A model generated the notes under the pieces. That model was given only the letters and a program-made list of their open reading frames with translations, did no database searches and was not told the DNA's origin. A stretch of 32,754 nt of DNA from Octopus bimaculoides (lineage: Eukaryota): contig NC_068986.1 of NCBI RefSeq assembly GCF_001194135.2, positions 70,506,306 to 70,539,059 of the forward strand, written 5' to 3'. How positions within the stretch are numbered: the stretch's first letter is position 1; each line of letters begins with the position of its first letter. A program made the translations under genes and the position numbers. Shown here piece after piece: positions 20,293 through 32,477 of the stretch.

Positions 20293-22597
20293 ACCAACAA
20301 ACAAGATGAGGACAAATATCCGTCAAATCTAAATAATGTAAGTGATGGACATAATTCCTCATCTCTCAAATATAGAACTGTATTATTTAATTGGTACAGA
20401 GCTGACATTAGACTTCAATGGAGACATACAAACTCCATCAGAAACTAGCTCGTCATTCAAACCATCCAACTTTCCTATGTAAACTAAATGTATAATTTTA
20501 GATTTAAATAAATTTTAACGAATATAAAGGTGTCTATTTACTTCTGTCGTGTCTGTGTAGCTAAACTACTGTACTGTATGTAAATATTCCTTCGGTATTA
20601 GCAATTTAAAATACATTTACATACAGGTATCTATAAATACAAATAAATTTTAAAATTAATGAAAATTTAAGTAATTTTTTCCAATCATATCAGCCTAAGT
20701 TGTTTTTTACTTTCTTCATATTTGTGGATATCTATTAGTCTGTCTGTCAGTTGTTCACATTCTCTCTAATCCTCCCTCTACATAAACTTATACATAAGTG
20801 CATATATAAGTTTATTTCAACTATTTAAACAAAAATTCTATTTGACTTTTAAATACATTTCTTTATATAATATTATTCTATTTTACTTAAGTTCAGAAAG
20901 AGTGATTTTATTTTAGAATATTCAAAAGATCAGTGTTGTCTTATTCTAGGCTGCCTAAAATCAGTTTTATTTTTGTCACAAGTGCATTTTTTTTTTTTTA
21001 TACAGTTGTATTTTTGTACGAAAATAAAGTGAATCTTGAAAATAAATCATTTCCATTTATATTTTTAAATTAATATACATTAAATCTCTACTCTCGCTGA
21101 AATAATTTCTTAGCCATTTAGAATTAGAAATATTGTCTGAAATGTGGTTCTTATCCAGTTTCTTGTAAAGGTTTTTTATTCTGTTTTTTAATATTTGTTA
21201 TTTTAACTATTTCATAGTATAATTATAATTCAATTTCTGAGTTCTTATTTTAATATAAATTTTTATAACATTATGTTGCATTTTTTTTTAATTTCACAAG
21301 ATAATAATTAAAATAAATATATTAAATATAGCTTATATAAACCATAGGATATATATAAGAAAAAGATCTTAAATTATTTCCCTCACTTTCAACTCATTTT
21401 TAATATTATCTCTTAATCTTTTTTGAGCAAATCTTTATTTTTCTACTTGAAAGGAAACACTGTCTTCCATTTGTAATCAAGAATGGAAAGTTTGCAGTCA
21501 GCCTCAAATGGATTTTCTTCCAATTTTCGTAAAACTTTTAATGAAATTAAATCCGATACTATCTAGAAGAGAATTTTTTAAAATGATGCAAATAGCAATA
21601 ATAATGGAAGAAAGCCAGTTTTAGCTTGTGAAAGATAATTCTAACAAAACAATAGTTGCTAGAATATTTATTTTATTTTCTCAAAACTGAATATTGTTTT
21701 TATAATTATTTTGAAGAAGTTTTTGTTATCAAATTAAGTTGTAATTTTTTTCTCTTTTTTGTATATATTGGCTTACCTTATGCTAAATCCCCACCAAACT
21801 TCAGATGGTTTCTAGCTCCTTTTCTATCAATTGTTAGCAAAGATTAAATTTGACTGTATAGAGATCTGTTAATATATTTAGGTTCAAATTTACAATTCTA
21901 ATGCATCATAAACCACTGTAAATTATGAAATCTAACAATTTGACTCAGAGCTACTTTTCATAATTAATAATTAAAAGTAACATATGAATTTATATCACTG
22001 GACTTTTTCTTTACATGCTACTGCATTTATGTTTTGAAATGTCCAGATAACCACTTGTAGACAAAATAATCAGACATGATTTACTATTTATTATTAATGT
22101 CATCATCTTTTTTTTACCCCCTAATATCAAATAGTTTCCTCAAAATCATCTTGAGAAAATTAAGAAACGTCCTTATATAATCAAATTGTCATTAATAAAT
22201 TTAGGTTATATTTTGTTCTATTTTTAGTAGAATGACAGCTAAGAAACATTTATTTTTAATGCACAGCTCCTAAACTGCCAGTTTAAGTGCTGTCTAGTTG
22301 GACAGGATGTAAAACAACTTTACGTTTCTTTTTGTTGTCATAGATCTCCTGGTAGCTGTTAGCTATGCATTTCAAATTCTGAAGTTATAATTTGCTCACA
22401 TTTTTTTCCCTCTGATCAGTGCCAATTGAGTAAAGATTGCAACAGAATATATTTTTTAATATAAATATCTTTATGGATTAATACACAACTATCTGACTAG
22501 TTTCAGCTGTAGTCTCAAATGCTTTCAGTATGCATTTGATTTAGCGGACATCTTTCATGAATAGTATTGAAGTTTAAATTTTAAAGTCATTTATATA

Positions 22598-22620
22598 NNN
22601 NNNNNNNNNNNNNNNNNNNN
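22598..22620. other. Assembly gap (23 N) inside a (TA)n run
   Basis: Direct observation. Confidence 0.99.
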
Positions 22621-24484
22621 ATATATATATATATATATACATACATACATGCATAGCAGACTTGCTCCTCAGTTGTCATGTTTATTTGTCAAGCTTGTTT
22701 AATTGAACAACTCCGCTCATTTAATAATCATCTTCAACATTTAATGCTCTTTGTGATATATATGTGCGTGCATGAATGTATCCTAAAAGAACAATTAATG
22801 GATAAACTATTGCATAAAAGTTACATGGAAAATCTTATTGTCGCTTTTTATTCTCGTATCCTTGATTTAAAGTTCTTCACTGTATAATTCTTTATGCTAT
22901 AATAAAGTATGTTTTATTTGCCAGGTGTTTTATGGGAGGGCTTTACATTAGGAAAGGTATCCATAAAAAAAAGAATCATTGTTCCAAATTCTCATGTTTT
23001 AGCTCATACTTCTTAAATATATGTGTTGTTTACTTTTGTCTTCTCTGGAGGGGGTCAGTTTCACATTTTAATTTAATGCATTCAATCCACAAATACAAAA
23101 TTAGCTTCATTTCTGGAGGAAAGAAATCAATATTAATAAGATTATGAAGACTAATTATATTTATCACTTATGAAAAATCAATTAGCATATGCTATTATAT
23201 TACCAGTCACAAAACATATTCTTGTATGGCTTTTCTTCTCAAACAGATTTTTATTGAAAAAGAGCAATACCTAAAATCAATCTTCAATTAGATTCATTGT
23301 TCCTAGGGCAACCTATAATGAATATGAAATGCATGAATTATGTTAGTAATATCCTTCACAACTTTTCATTTATTCTTCAATAAAACTTTAACAAACTATA
23401 TAAATCATTATGTCACTTTATTTTGTCTACTGAAAACTATAGAATCATTTTTTTATTTTAATTTTTTCAAAGAAGAAAACTATGTGAGAGAAAACTTTGA
23501 TTTTTTTTTTTTTTTTTTTTGTCCTTGTTACACCTTATTAAATGATTAGATGTAGGTGTGTATTCATGTATGTTTATCACATCTCTGCAATGCATATTAT
23601 ATTTACCATCCACTTTCTTAATCACACAGGCCTGTTGAGGAGATTCAGTTATGGCAGTTGTACGTGTTTTGTATTTATAAAGCATGTTCTACTTGAATGC
23701 AGTTTACGTTTCTTTTTTATTTCATTATCAATTATTTCTATATTGTGTGAAGGATTCTATAATTGTTCTTTTATTTCTATGGCCTCTTGAAAACTTTTTA
23801 AACATCGGTTGGGGTATACTGCATTTTGTTAACTATATTTTCTTAATGCATGGACCTCTTCTTGTTTTCAATACCTGACAGTTTTCTTCTCACTCTTTGC
23901 CATATTTCTTCAACTGATTCTATTAAATAAGCAACTTGAATCTTGTGTGTGTTATTTTCATTTTGTACTATCTTAACTTGAAAATAATAGTTAGAAGCAA
24001 AATTCATAATGATGGTATTTGATATTTTTTTAACATTTTCTACCATATAATAAATTTATCTGCTTGCACATCAAAAGATCTAATGCTCTCCGATCTCTGC
24101 TCAAAATTATGTTCTAGCATTTTAGTGACACCTCATTTGTATCTTTTAATTTAAGATTTCCTGCAAATGGGTTTTTTTTTTCTTTTTTGCTATTTGTGTT
24201 TTTTTTTTTTTTTTTTTACTTAATAATATAGCTTTGAAATGCTATAAGGCTGTTAAAAATAAATCTGAAACTGTATACACTAATGTATACACTAAAAAAA
24301 ATATTGAAAAGAAATCTAAAGGAATATTTCAGTTACCATTAGCTTCAATTTTGAACTAATATCATTTCTATATTTATTCACACTATATTTTGATCCATAT
24401 ATTTTCTACCATATTTTTAATTGCATGTATTTCATAAGATTAATATAGAATTCTTAAACCTTCATTGACAATCAAAAGGTTTAA

Positions 24485-24701
24485 CCCTTTCGTTGCTGTA
24501 TTTATTTTGAGATGCTCTGTGTTTCTTTCAGTTACTTTAAATATAGCAAAGAATTTAGTAAAATAACTTAGTTATCATTCAGCTAGTGTTAGGAACATAA
24601 ATTGTGACTAAGGTTTGGTGGAAGATTTTAATTCAAAACTTATGAAAACAAGACATTTGTACTCAGAGCCAGAGCCGGTTTCAGCCAGGTTGGTAAAAAG
24701 G
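24485..24701. mobile_element. piggyBac-type MITE (copy 2 of the 3082-3285 family)
   Basis: TTAA (24481-24484) CCCTTTCGTTGC ... GGTAAAAAGG TTAA (24702-24705). The body is nearly identical to 3082-3285, which lacks about 18 bp near the left end. Confidence 0.88.
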
Positions 24702-27406
24702 TTAATGCTTTCATTCACAAGTGTTAATCATACCAACTTATTTCAGTAACAACATCCATATTAGACTAAAGTCTGGGCTGTGCTTACTGATTAGATTATT
24801 AATTAGCAATTAATAATCAGTTAATGTTTTATATTTTGCTTCCTCTAAGTATATTTTGGACTTTTACATAGATACCACAGTATTTCTTTGTTTATAAGGA
24901 AGGCCCCCTTCATGTATTGGCAAATGATTTCTATTTTTCAGAGTTGCCCAATGCTTGCCTTCATAGTCATTTTGCTTAGGCTGTTGTACACACAATACTC
25001 TTAGTCATTGTCTTGGATAGAATTTACTGTACAGAAATATAGCCGAATTAATTTTTAAGTTGTTCTTGTTCCATCTTTTCCATGCATTCTTTGCATATTT
25101 TCCACAGATCCCTGTTAGATGGTTGCAGTAAGGTTAGTTCATAGGGATTTATGTTTGTTATTACTGCCCACATGTGGGTAGATGCAAATCTCAAGAAATA
25201 TGATAAACAATTGTGCATTTTTCTGATGTTGTAGAATTTTATGTAGAGTTCTATGAATATTGGCTTGCCATACACAGAAATTTTCGCATTCACTTCTGTG
25301 AACATGATGTTGGTTTTAGTTCACTTTTCAGAGTTATTTACTTTAAATATTCTATTTAAATGTAGTCTACTAGACACATCATGGTCCCTTTAAGTTGTTG
25401 ATGCATTAGAATGTTAACATTTCTATTATAAATATTCTTTTATATTATCAGTTTGTATTTTTGTCCTATATTCATATCTAAGAACCTAAGGAAATCTCAG
25501 CACATACTTCAGTCCAATACAGTTTCTTTATTGAAATAAGTTTAAAAACAATTACAGTTGGTTCGTTTCTGGGGATGGTAATATGTGTATTGAGACCTCA
25601 TCAATTGCAATAAAGGCTTTTTTTGTTTTAATTTGGTTCAAATACAAGGACACAGTATATGTGAATCTCTTACACTTGAATAATCAGCAAATATATCAGT
25701 CAAAATGTAGTGTACATGAGACTTATACCAATAGTCCTTTCAGTTTGAATAATTGTAGTAATAACTCGATTCATAAATGTAAAACTTTAATTAAGCTTAA
25801 ATATTCTAATCTATATAACATATATCTTTCAAAAGTTTCATTCTCATAGCAATTAAATCTAGCTTTTAACATAGTTACTCACATAAAATAATGCAAAAGT
25901 GTTTTGTTTTAGAACTTTAACAAATCAAACTTATTTCATTCCGCATGAAGTCTTTAAATTTGCAATATACTTTGCTTAAGTAATCTTCACATTGTTGTAT
26001 TTCATCACTCTATTGAATTATTGTACTATGCTCACATATTCACATACTGTACAAAGGCAAAGTGTTGTAAAAATATTTAATTATACAATTTCTTGGAAAC
26101 AAAAGTTTAATTTGTTTTTGCAAGCCCATTTCAACTAATAATTGCTTTCAAGGATGAACTTTATTTTATACAAAAAAAAAAGCAATATTTGATGAAAGCT
26201 ATCAACAATATGTTTGATCTTTATTTGTAAAATAGTAGAAATCAATGTACCAACATGCTCTCTGGTTGAAAAAAATAAAGTTTTTATTTGTTTGATACAA
26301 ATTACAGAAAATACTCAATAAAGATTGTGTAGAAATTTTTTAAGAATCTGTTTTTATTGCTTAGCTACCACAACTCCTTATTTTCCCAAATTCTAAAAGA
26401 TGTTCCTTGAATTGTCCTGAAAATACAATAACTCAAATTACAAGCATTAAAATAAATGACAAAACAATACTTAGGCAAGTAAATGATGCACTTGTTTAAA
26501 AACAGAAAGTGTTTTGAAATAAAATATAGAAAAAAATATACCATTCTTAATCATAAATTATTTAAAAAATCACTTAGATTAGAATACGAACTGAACTCAA
26601 ATTTGATGGTATCATTAAATCTACATGGGTGATAATATAAAATGCCAGTCAATTTAGCTGACTATACTCAATCTCCCAAATGTGTGGCCATACCAGAAAT
26701 AAGGAATTTAAGATATTTGATGTACAAATTGCTTGGTTCCTATGTACTTCTTTTACCCTTCATATACTTCATTCCATACTAAAGGCAGGTATGATGATAT
26801 GGAAGCTTCTTTTCTTTCTGGTTTCACACTTTCTTTAAGCTTCTTTCTTTCACCATTGTATTTTGTTATTGATTGCTACAACTATCTCTTCAATATTTTT
26901 TTAATGTTTTTATTGCATGAAGGGGTATGTTTATGTTTTCAAAATGTTTTATTTTTAGACCAATTTCAAATTACTTTCTTAAAACTAGTTTATGCTATGA
27001 TATCAGATAAATAGTTTCTTTGAAATTATTGCTATTCAGTTCTACTACATTTTAGATTAAGTAACTTACTACAATATCATCACTGGTTTTCTTTATTATT
27101 ATTATTATTATGATGATGATGATAAATTCTTTAAGATAAAATTTCAAAACATTGCAGAAGTCATTCTTTGATGCTCCATTTTCATCAACAACTTCAGTGC
27201 ACATTTAGCATCAATATAACCATTATATGTTGATCTTTTGTATGAATAATAATAATTATTATTGTGTGATAGATAATTTATTTTATTTTTCTGCTTGAGT
27301 TTTTAATAAGTTTTAAAAATTTGTACTAATAATTTAGTTATATTTGAAATTAATTTCATATTTTTTTTACTTTTTCTACATAACATATAATTGTTTTCTG
27401 TTCTAG

Positions 27407-27433
27407 TTCAATATAAATCTCTCAAAAAAGATG
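27407..27433 (+). other. Candidate 27-nt frame-preserving microexon (xQYKSLKKDx)
   Basis: Long T-rich tract ending TTGTTTTCTGTTCTAG, exon TTCAATATAAATCTCTCAAAAAAGATG, consensus donor GTAAGT. Host gene unknown. Confidence 0.4.
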
Positions 27434-28530
27434 GTAAGTGACTTCTCTATTGCATGTTGGATTGAATCCATTTTAATCACACTCTAGTGAAAATGTAAAA
27501 AAAAAAGAAAAGAAAAAGAAACAATGTTCATTCTGTTTTTCCTCTGTCTACACTTTTCTTCATCAAATCTGTAGTCTTTTAAGCACAAAATATGGTATAG
27601 AAATAACTGTAAAGTAGTTAGTTTGAGGTTCACCCAAATCAGTTAAACATAGTAAATTTGATTTTAAATTGTTGATGATGCTGATGCTGTGCATTATTGT
27701 GTAGAAAATTCATCGATAGCAATTCACCAAGCAACAATTCACAAATGAGCAAGAACCTCTTTTGAAGAGATGAAAGTATCACAATTATGCCAAAAGGTTT
27801 TAAAAGATTTGTGGAGTACAATCTTCACAAGTCTATCATTCCAAATGTAAGAGGCTAAGTTTATGTCTCACTTTAGGATTCATTTAAAAGATTTTGCAAT
27901 GTTTTCTGTTATGTTATTTAAGTGTGACTGTGTCATTGTATTACTATTATGTCATCAGTGAATTTGTTAATCATTTAATTGCTAATAGGTGAATTTGCTG
28001 ATCAAGATTTGTTGGTCAGCAAATTACTTTCATTGAATTGCTGTTGATGAATTTTTTGTAGCTGGCTGTATATTATGCCTAATAGTATATGTATAAAATA
28101 CTTTAATTTTATTATAGGCATTGAGTAATTATGATTATTTAAAAAATCTCTAATAATAAATCTAGTTTATATTGAAACATAACAGTGAAGTTGAATTGCA
28201 GTAGATTTAGTGGCTGCAATTAACTAAAAAATAGGATTATAGCAAACATTCATTTGAAAAGATCATCATCAGCAACAGTAACCATGTGAAATATAGGCAA
28301 AACCCAGAGAGCAGCAAACAAAATGCCTTGCAATATTAAGTAATATCTCTGTCTCTCTACTTTGTGAGTTTAAACCTAGCTGAGAATGGCATGGCCTTTT
28401 GTTATAATGATTTGGTAAAATAAGTACTACTAAAGTACTGTAGTTGATACTAGTGACTAGACAACTTACTGAAAATTTGAAGCTTTGTGCCAAAGCTAGA
28501 AATTTATATTAATAATAAGTTTTAAATCAT

Positions 28531-28713
28531 GACACAAGGCCAGAAATTTTAGGGGAAATTCTAAGTTAATATCCTTATCCCTAGTTCTCAACTGGTACTT
28601 ATTTTATTGACCTCGAAAGGATGAAAGGCAATGTTGACCTCAGCAACATTTGAACTCAGAATGTAAAGCCAGAAGAAATGCCACTAAGAATTTTGTCCTG
28701 CACAATAATGATT
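28531..28713 (-). mobile_element. tRNA-derived SINE, family A (copy 3, inverted)
   Basis: ACAAGGCCAGAAATTTT...ACTGGTACTTATTTTATTGACCTCGAAAGGATGAAAGGCAATGTTGACCTCAGCAACATTTGAACTCAGAATGTAAAG is the reverse complement of family A. Confidence 0.8.
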
Positions 28714-29273
28714 ATGAGTTTTAATAATAACAACAACAAAAATGCTATTTAGTCATTTTTATAAAGAATATTCTTAAGTTTTATTTATAGTATTTAAATT
28801 CTAACCCATATCTTTTTAGATGACATTTGACTTCTAAGACAAATTCATCAAAAAGATTAAAACAGAACTGATTCATAAATTTGCCCTATTTCTTCATTTG
28901 TTCTATTTCCTGAGTTAAAAGATTTTTATCTTAGATTTAGTTTGGTTATTAGATGTATTCTTCAATGTGCTATTCCTATCTGTGACTATTCAGTATCTTC
29001 TAGCATGCTTTGTGGTTAAATCTATAATTGCTGTTTTTCTTTTCCTCTCACATCTTGGTTTGGTCTTCATTTTTATCAAATTCAACATTCTTAATTTTAA
29101 ATTTCTGCAATTTTCATTATAAGAGCTATGTTTATTGTTTGGAAAATTTTAATGTTTCAGAAGAATATATAATAAAATGCCGTCAATTCAAGATTTTCTG
29201 ACATAAACTTCTGTCTATTTATCTGTCTCGACCTCTCCTCTCTTCTTTCCCTCTATCAATCTTTCTCTCATAT

Positions 29274-29276
<3 letters not shown>

Positions 29277-29344
<68 letters not shown>
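29277..29344. repeat. (GA)34 microsatellite
   Basis: Direct observation. Confidence 0.97.
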
Positions 29345-29347
<3 letters not shown>

Positions 29348-29769
29348 ATGTTAATGTAGTAAATAATGAACTAGCATGGATGTGTGGTTGATGGTGAATA
29401 TCAGTTCAGAATGGATGATGAAAGAAAAAGGAGTGGCTCAGGTATGATGTGTTAAGTTGCATTACAGAAAGAGTGAAAAGCAAAAGTGTAATAAACCTGC
29501 ATATAGACGAGAAATAAGGTGATGTGTGGGGTGAGAGAATGGAAGAGAAAGACATACAGTGACAGAGATGAGGTCAGAGGTATGCAGGGATGGATATAGT
29601 GAGTGACAGTCAAAGAGTATGAGGGCTTCAATGGCAGATATGAGGGTGGTGAGAATGATAGTAGATATGGAAAGGTATTAAAGATGAGTTATAGCTGTCC
29701 TAAGATGTAGCCCAGGGGAAACAGAGACATAACTAGTGGCACAGAAAGGGGTAATCAATGGAAAATAAA

Positions 29770-30262
29770 GTGTTTTACTAGAGAGAGGGCATCAATAGTA
29801 TATCTCCCTGACACAAAATCAAACTGCATCTCATCTAGTCTAATTTTTTTCCTGATTAATTAGGCTATAAGTTTTTTCTGTAACTTTCATAACCTGGTCC
29901 AGTAATTTGATACCTCTACAATTACTTATAAGGTATCTCCTTTACTCTTATAACAGTTTGCAATAATGTTGCTACACCAGTTTGTGGGTATGGTACCTTC
30001 CTGGACAACCTGATTAACAATATGGTGAATAAGCCACCTGCTATTTTAAGCATTTCAGCAGTGATTCCTGATGGATCAAAGGCTTTCCCTGCCTTCATAT
30101 CTTTAATTGCTTTATCATATTGCTGTAGTCTAGGATAGCTGGTCCCTCTATTGGGTCCACATTAGGAAGATCCTATTTTTTTTATATCTTAAGCTTCCAT
30201 ATCTTCTTATTCCATACTGGTGTGTTTCTAAGTGCTTCTACATCTAAGACTGAAGACACTAA
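29770..30262 (-). mobile_element. RTE-type LINE reverse-transcriptase relic
   Basis: Minus-strand frames give LPNVDPIEGPA, KAFDPSGITAEMLKIAGG, NCRGIKLLDQVMKVTEK and LDEMQFDFVSGRYTIDA, matching RT N-terminal motifs (YRGIKLL, QFGFxPGRSTxDA). Frameshifted. Confidence 0.85.
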
Positions 30263-30511
30263 CCACTAACTATGTTAGCTCTAAAGTTGTAGCCTTGATA
30301 CAATGAGTAGGGGTGGGTTATTAATTAAGGAACTGTTATCAGCCCTTGAATAGATGATTTGTGCAAGCACTTGCCAGCTGGCTATTGCACATGTCCATCT
30401 AATTTGAACAACCAATTATTATGCATTGCATATATGAATTATATACACATACATATATACATAAATATATTATTATAGTCCCAGATATCATGATCATTTG
30501 TAGTGTATGAA

Positions 30512-31430
30512 TTAAGGATTTGCATTTTCTCCCCAAGTTCCCAAATTCACCCGTACTTTACTCATGGCAGGTTTGTATGTATCCTGTTGCTCCAATAATA
30601 CTAGGTATGAAGTTGAAAGTGTATCTTGAGTACTGGATTTGCAAACTCTTTGTGGATGGTCTATAAATATCCTTTTTCTCTTGTATTTTTCTAACCACAT
30701 TGGTGTCCAGAGAGCAGCTGATTTCCACAAGAGAACATATATTTTCCTTGTGGCCCTACACAATATCTGACTGGTTCTGTTTTAACTTGGTGGCTGTTTT
30801 GATTTTAAAGTTCCACCAATATTTTTTGATCCATCAGTCTCAATGTAGTCAACTTCATCCATAGGTGTCTCCTTTGTTGGTATCCTCTTCCAGACTATAC
30901 TGATCACCACATCATGCCTCATGGGAAGATAATATCTGGAAGACATTCTCTCAATGTTGGCAATAGTGTGGTTGACATCTTCAGTCTTGGACTTGCACAG
31001 CCTACATTTGTTGTCTGTCAATGTTTTCTGCCGTTTATGCTGTAGGCACTTGGTGAGGACCTCTTGTTCTTGAATTGCATGGAGATAGCTTTCAAACTTG
31101 TCAGAACTCCATGCCAAGCTTTTAACATGATCAGTTCCTTCTGTGACTCGTTTTTTATGCCAAATACCCATATACTGTCTTCTCAGTAAATAGGTTCATT
31201 TTTTAAAATTTTGTTCTTCTGATAAATAGATTTTACCAATGACCCTCAAGTTCATTACCTCTCCTCAAAGTCATTAGCTGTCCTAATTATGTTGTTGATT
31301 TCATGGTCACAAACTTGGGAAAGATAATCATTGGTCTCTTTCCTCAGCTGCAAATACCATTCCAGTGTCACAATGCCAATTCTGTACATGCTGTAAATGT
31401 TTCGATAGCATGGAAATTTATTTGTCATCA
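30512..31430 (-). mobile_element. Relic of an RLE-type (R4/Dong-like) non-LTR retrotransposon 3' region
   Basis: AIQEQEVLTK, zinc-knuckle-like CRLCKSKTEDVNH, YLPMRHDVV (RHD motif), then across a frameshift WNFKIKTATKLKQNQSDIV...LVEISCSLDTNVVRKIQEKKDIY...FIPSIIGATG, the PD..E restriction-like endonuclease region. The upstream boundary is approximate. Confidence 0.8.
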
Positions 31431-31525
31431 ATGTATTATGTAAGCTAGAAACTTTGTGCTATGTAATACATTAATTGCAAATAAATTGCTTTGCTATTGA
31501 ACTGTCATTGTCCATTTATTTTCAG

Positions 31526-31526
<1 letters not shown>

Positions 31527-31560
<34 letters not shown>
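31527..31560. repeat. (TA)17 microsatellite
   Basis: Direct observation. Confidence 0.97.
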
Positions 31561-31563
<3 letters not shown>

Positions 31564-31652
31564 AAGAACAATTGCAGCATGGAAGATATTTGTAAGCCAT
31601 TTAAGAACACACAAAAACTGTTAGTTTCCCTTCAGCATATAAATTTAATTTG

Positions 31653-31699
31653 TGTCAAAATATTTTTGTCATTTTGAAACCACGACCTATTCACTGACA
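31653..31699 (-). ncRNA. Decayed variant minimal hammerhead-like motif (G at core position 3)
   Basis: Minus strand TGTCA-GTGAATA-G-GTCGT-ggtttcaaa-ATGAC-AAAAATATT-T-TGACA. Helix I (TGTCA/TGACA), helix II and palindromic helix III AATATT are all in hammerhead register. The core differs from canonical at positions 3, 8 and 12. Confidence 0.45.
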
Positions 31700-32477
31700 A
31701 AACTGTGTGCTACATTTACTTATATAAGTAAAAGTAGGAATAAGCAAGTTAAGCAGATCAAAATATGAAAAGTATTAAAAACATGGAATACAAAAAATGT
31801 CTATATGCTTACATACAAAATGGTCTGACTTACACAGAATACAAATGATATAGAGAATTAAAGGGGCTGAAGAAAAGTATTACAAATCCAACAGCTGTTT
31901 CTGGGGGCTTGGTAGTCCAAAATAATGTTTGTAGATTGATTCTATCATAGGATTAGACAAGCCTCCATCTTCATTTGAAGTGCTGAAGGAAAGAATCAAA
32001 GGTGGAAAGATGACTCCATCTTTGAACTTCTTTCCTTCAATACCTCAAATGTAAGATCTCTTCACTGAATATGGAAGCTTGTATTATCCTCCAGAAATAG
32101 CTGTTGGATTTGTAATACTTTTCTTCAACCCCTTTAATTCTTTATTTCATTTGTATTCTGTGTAAGTCGGACCTTTTTCTATGTATACATATATACATTT
32201 TTTTGTATTCCATGTTCTTAATATACTTCATATTTTGATCTGCCTAATTTGCTTATCCCTACATTTACTTCTATACCAACTCAAGTGTAAATTTCTTGAG
32301 CACTACCAAGTGTATTGCAGAATATCTGGAATATCTAATTCTCATCTATGAATTATATATTGGGTCCTTAACAGTTATTTTTCATCAATACCGGCTGATG
32401 CTAGTTGATATGGACAAACAAAAAATTACCAATCCATAGATTTGATATTTTACAACTCTCTTGCATTTATATATATA

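Larger units (their letters stand above)
19823..20451. mobile_element. Palindromic (head-to-head) non-autonomous element: tRNA-like head + (TAA)n + hammerhead relic + tail in each arm
   Basis: 19823-20145 is the reverse complement of 20156-20451 apart from scattered substitutions, a small indel and two large reciprocal deletions. 10-nt centre ACCCACAGGC (20146-20155). Confidence 0.9.
18660..20557 (+). mobile_element. Full-length but dead Tc1 (DD34E) transposon with both TIRs and TA target-site duplication
   Basis: Left TA-TACAGACACAACAGAAGTAAATAGACACC and right GGTGTCTATTTACTTCTGTCGTGTCTGTG-TA. Carries a transposase relic and an inserted palindromic element. Confidence 0.92.

Noticed and set aside
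25048-25305. Minus-strand ORF ending ...DLWKICKECMEKMEQEQLKN as a terminal exon
   Set aside because: The protein-like tail is simply the complement of a + strand pyrimidine tract (TTCTTTGCATATTTTCCACAG at ~25087-25107, itself a possible acceptor for a 20- or 25-nt exon). Neither reading can be supported without RNA data.
26350-26420. Minus-strand acceptor (TATTGTATTTTCAG) followed by TIQGTSFRIWENKELW* and AATAAA
   Set aside because: Could be a terminal exon, but no upstream partner exon or recognisable homology was found. Compatible with chance.
21600-27050. Numerous 60-95-aa ORFs rich in F/I/L/Y/K/N
   Set aside because: Their composition mirrors AT-rich non-coding DNA, with no motifs or codon signal.
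29350-29760. Purine-rich stretch with a faint L2/CR1 RT resemblance on the minus strand
   Set aside because: The motifs (GVPQGSILGP, YADD) are not recoverable in a clean frame, so no call is made.
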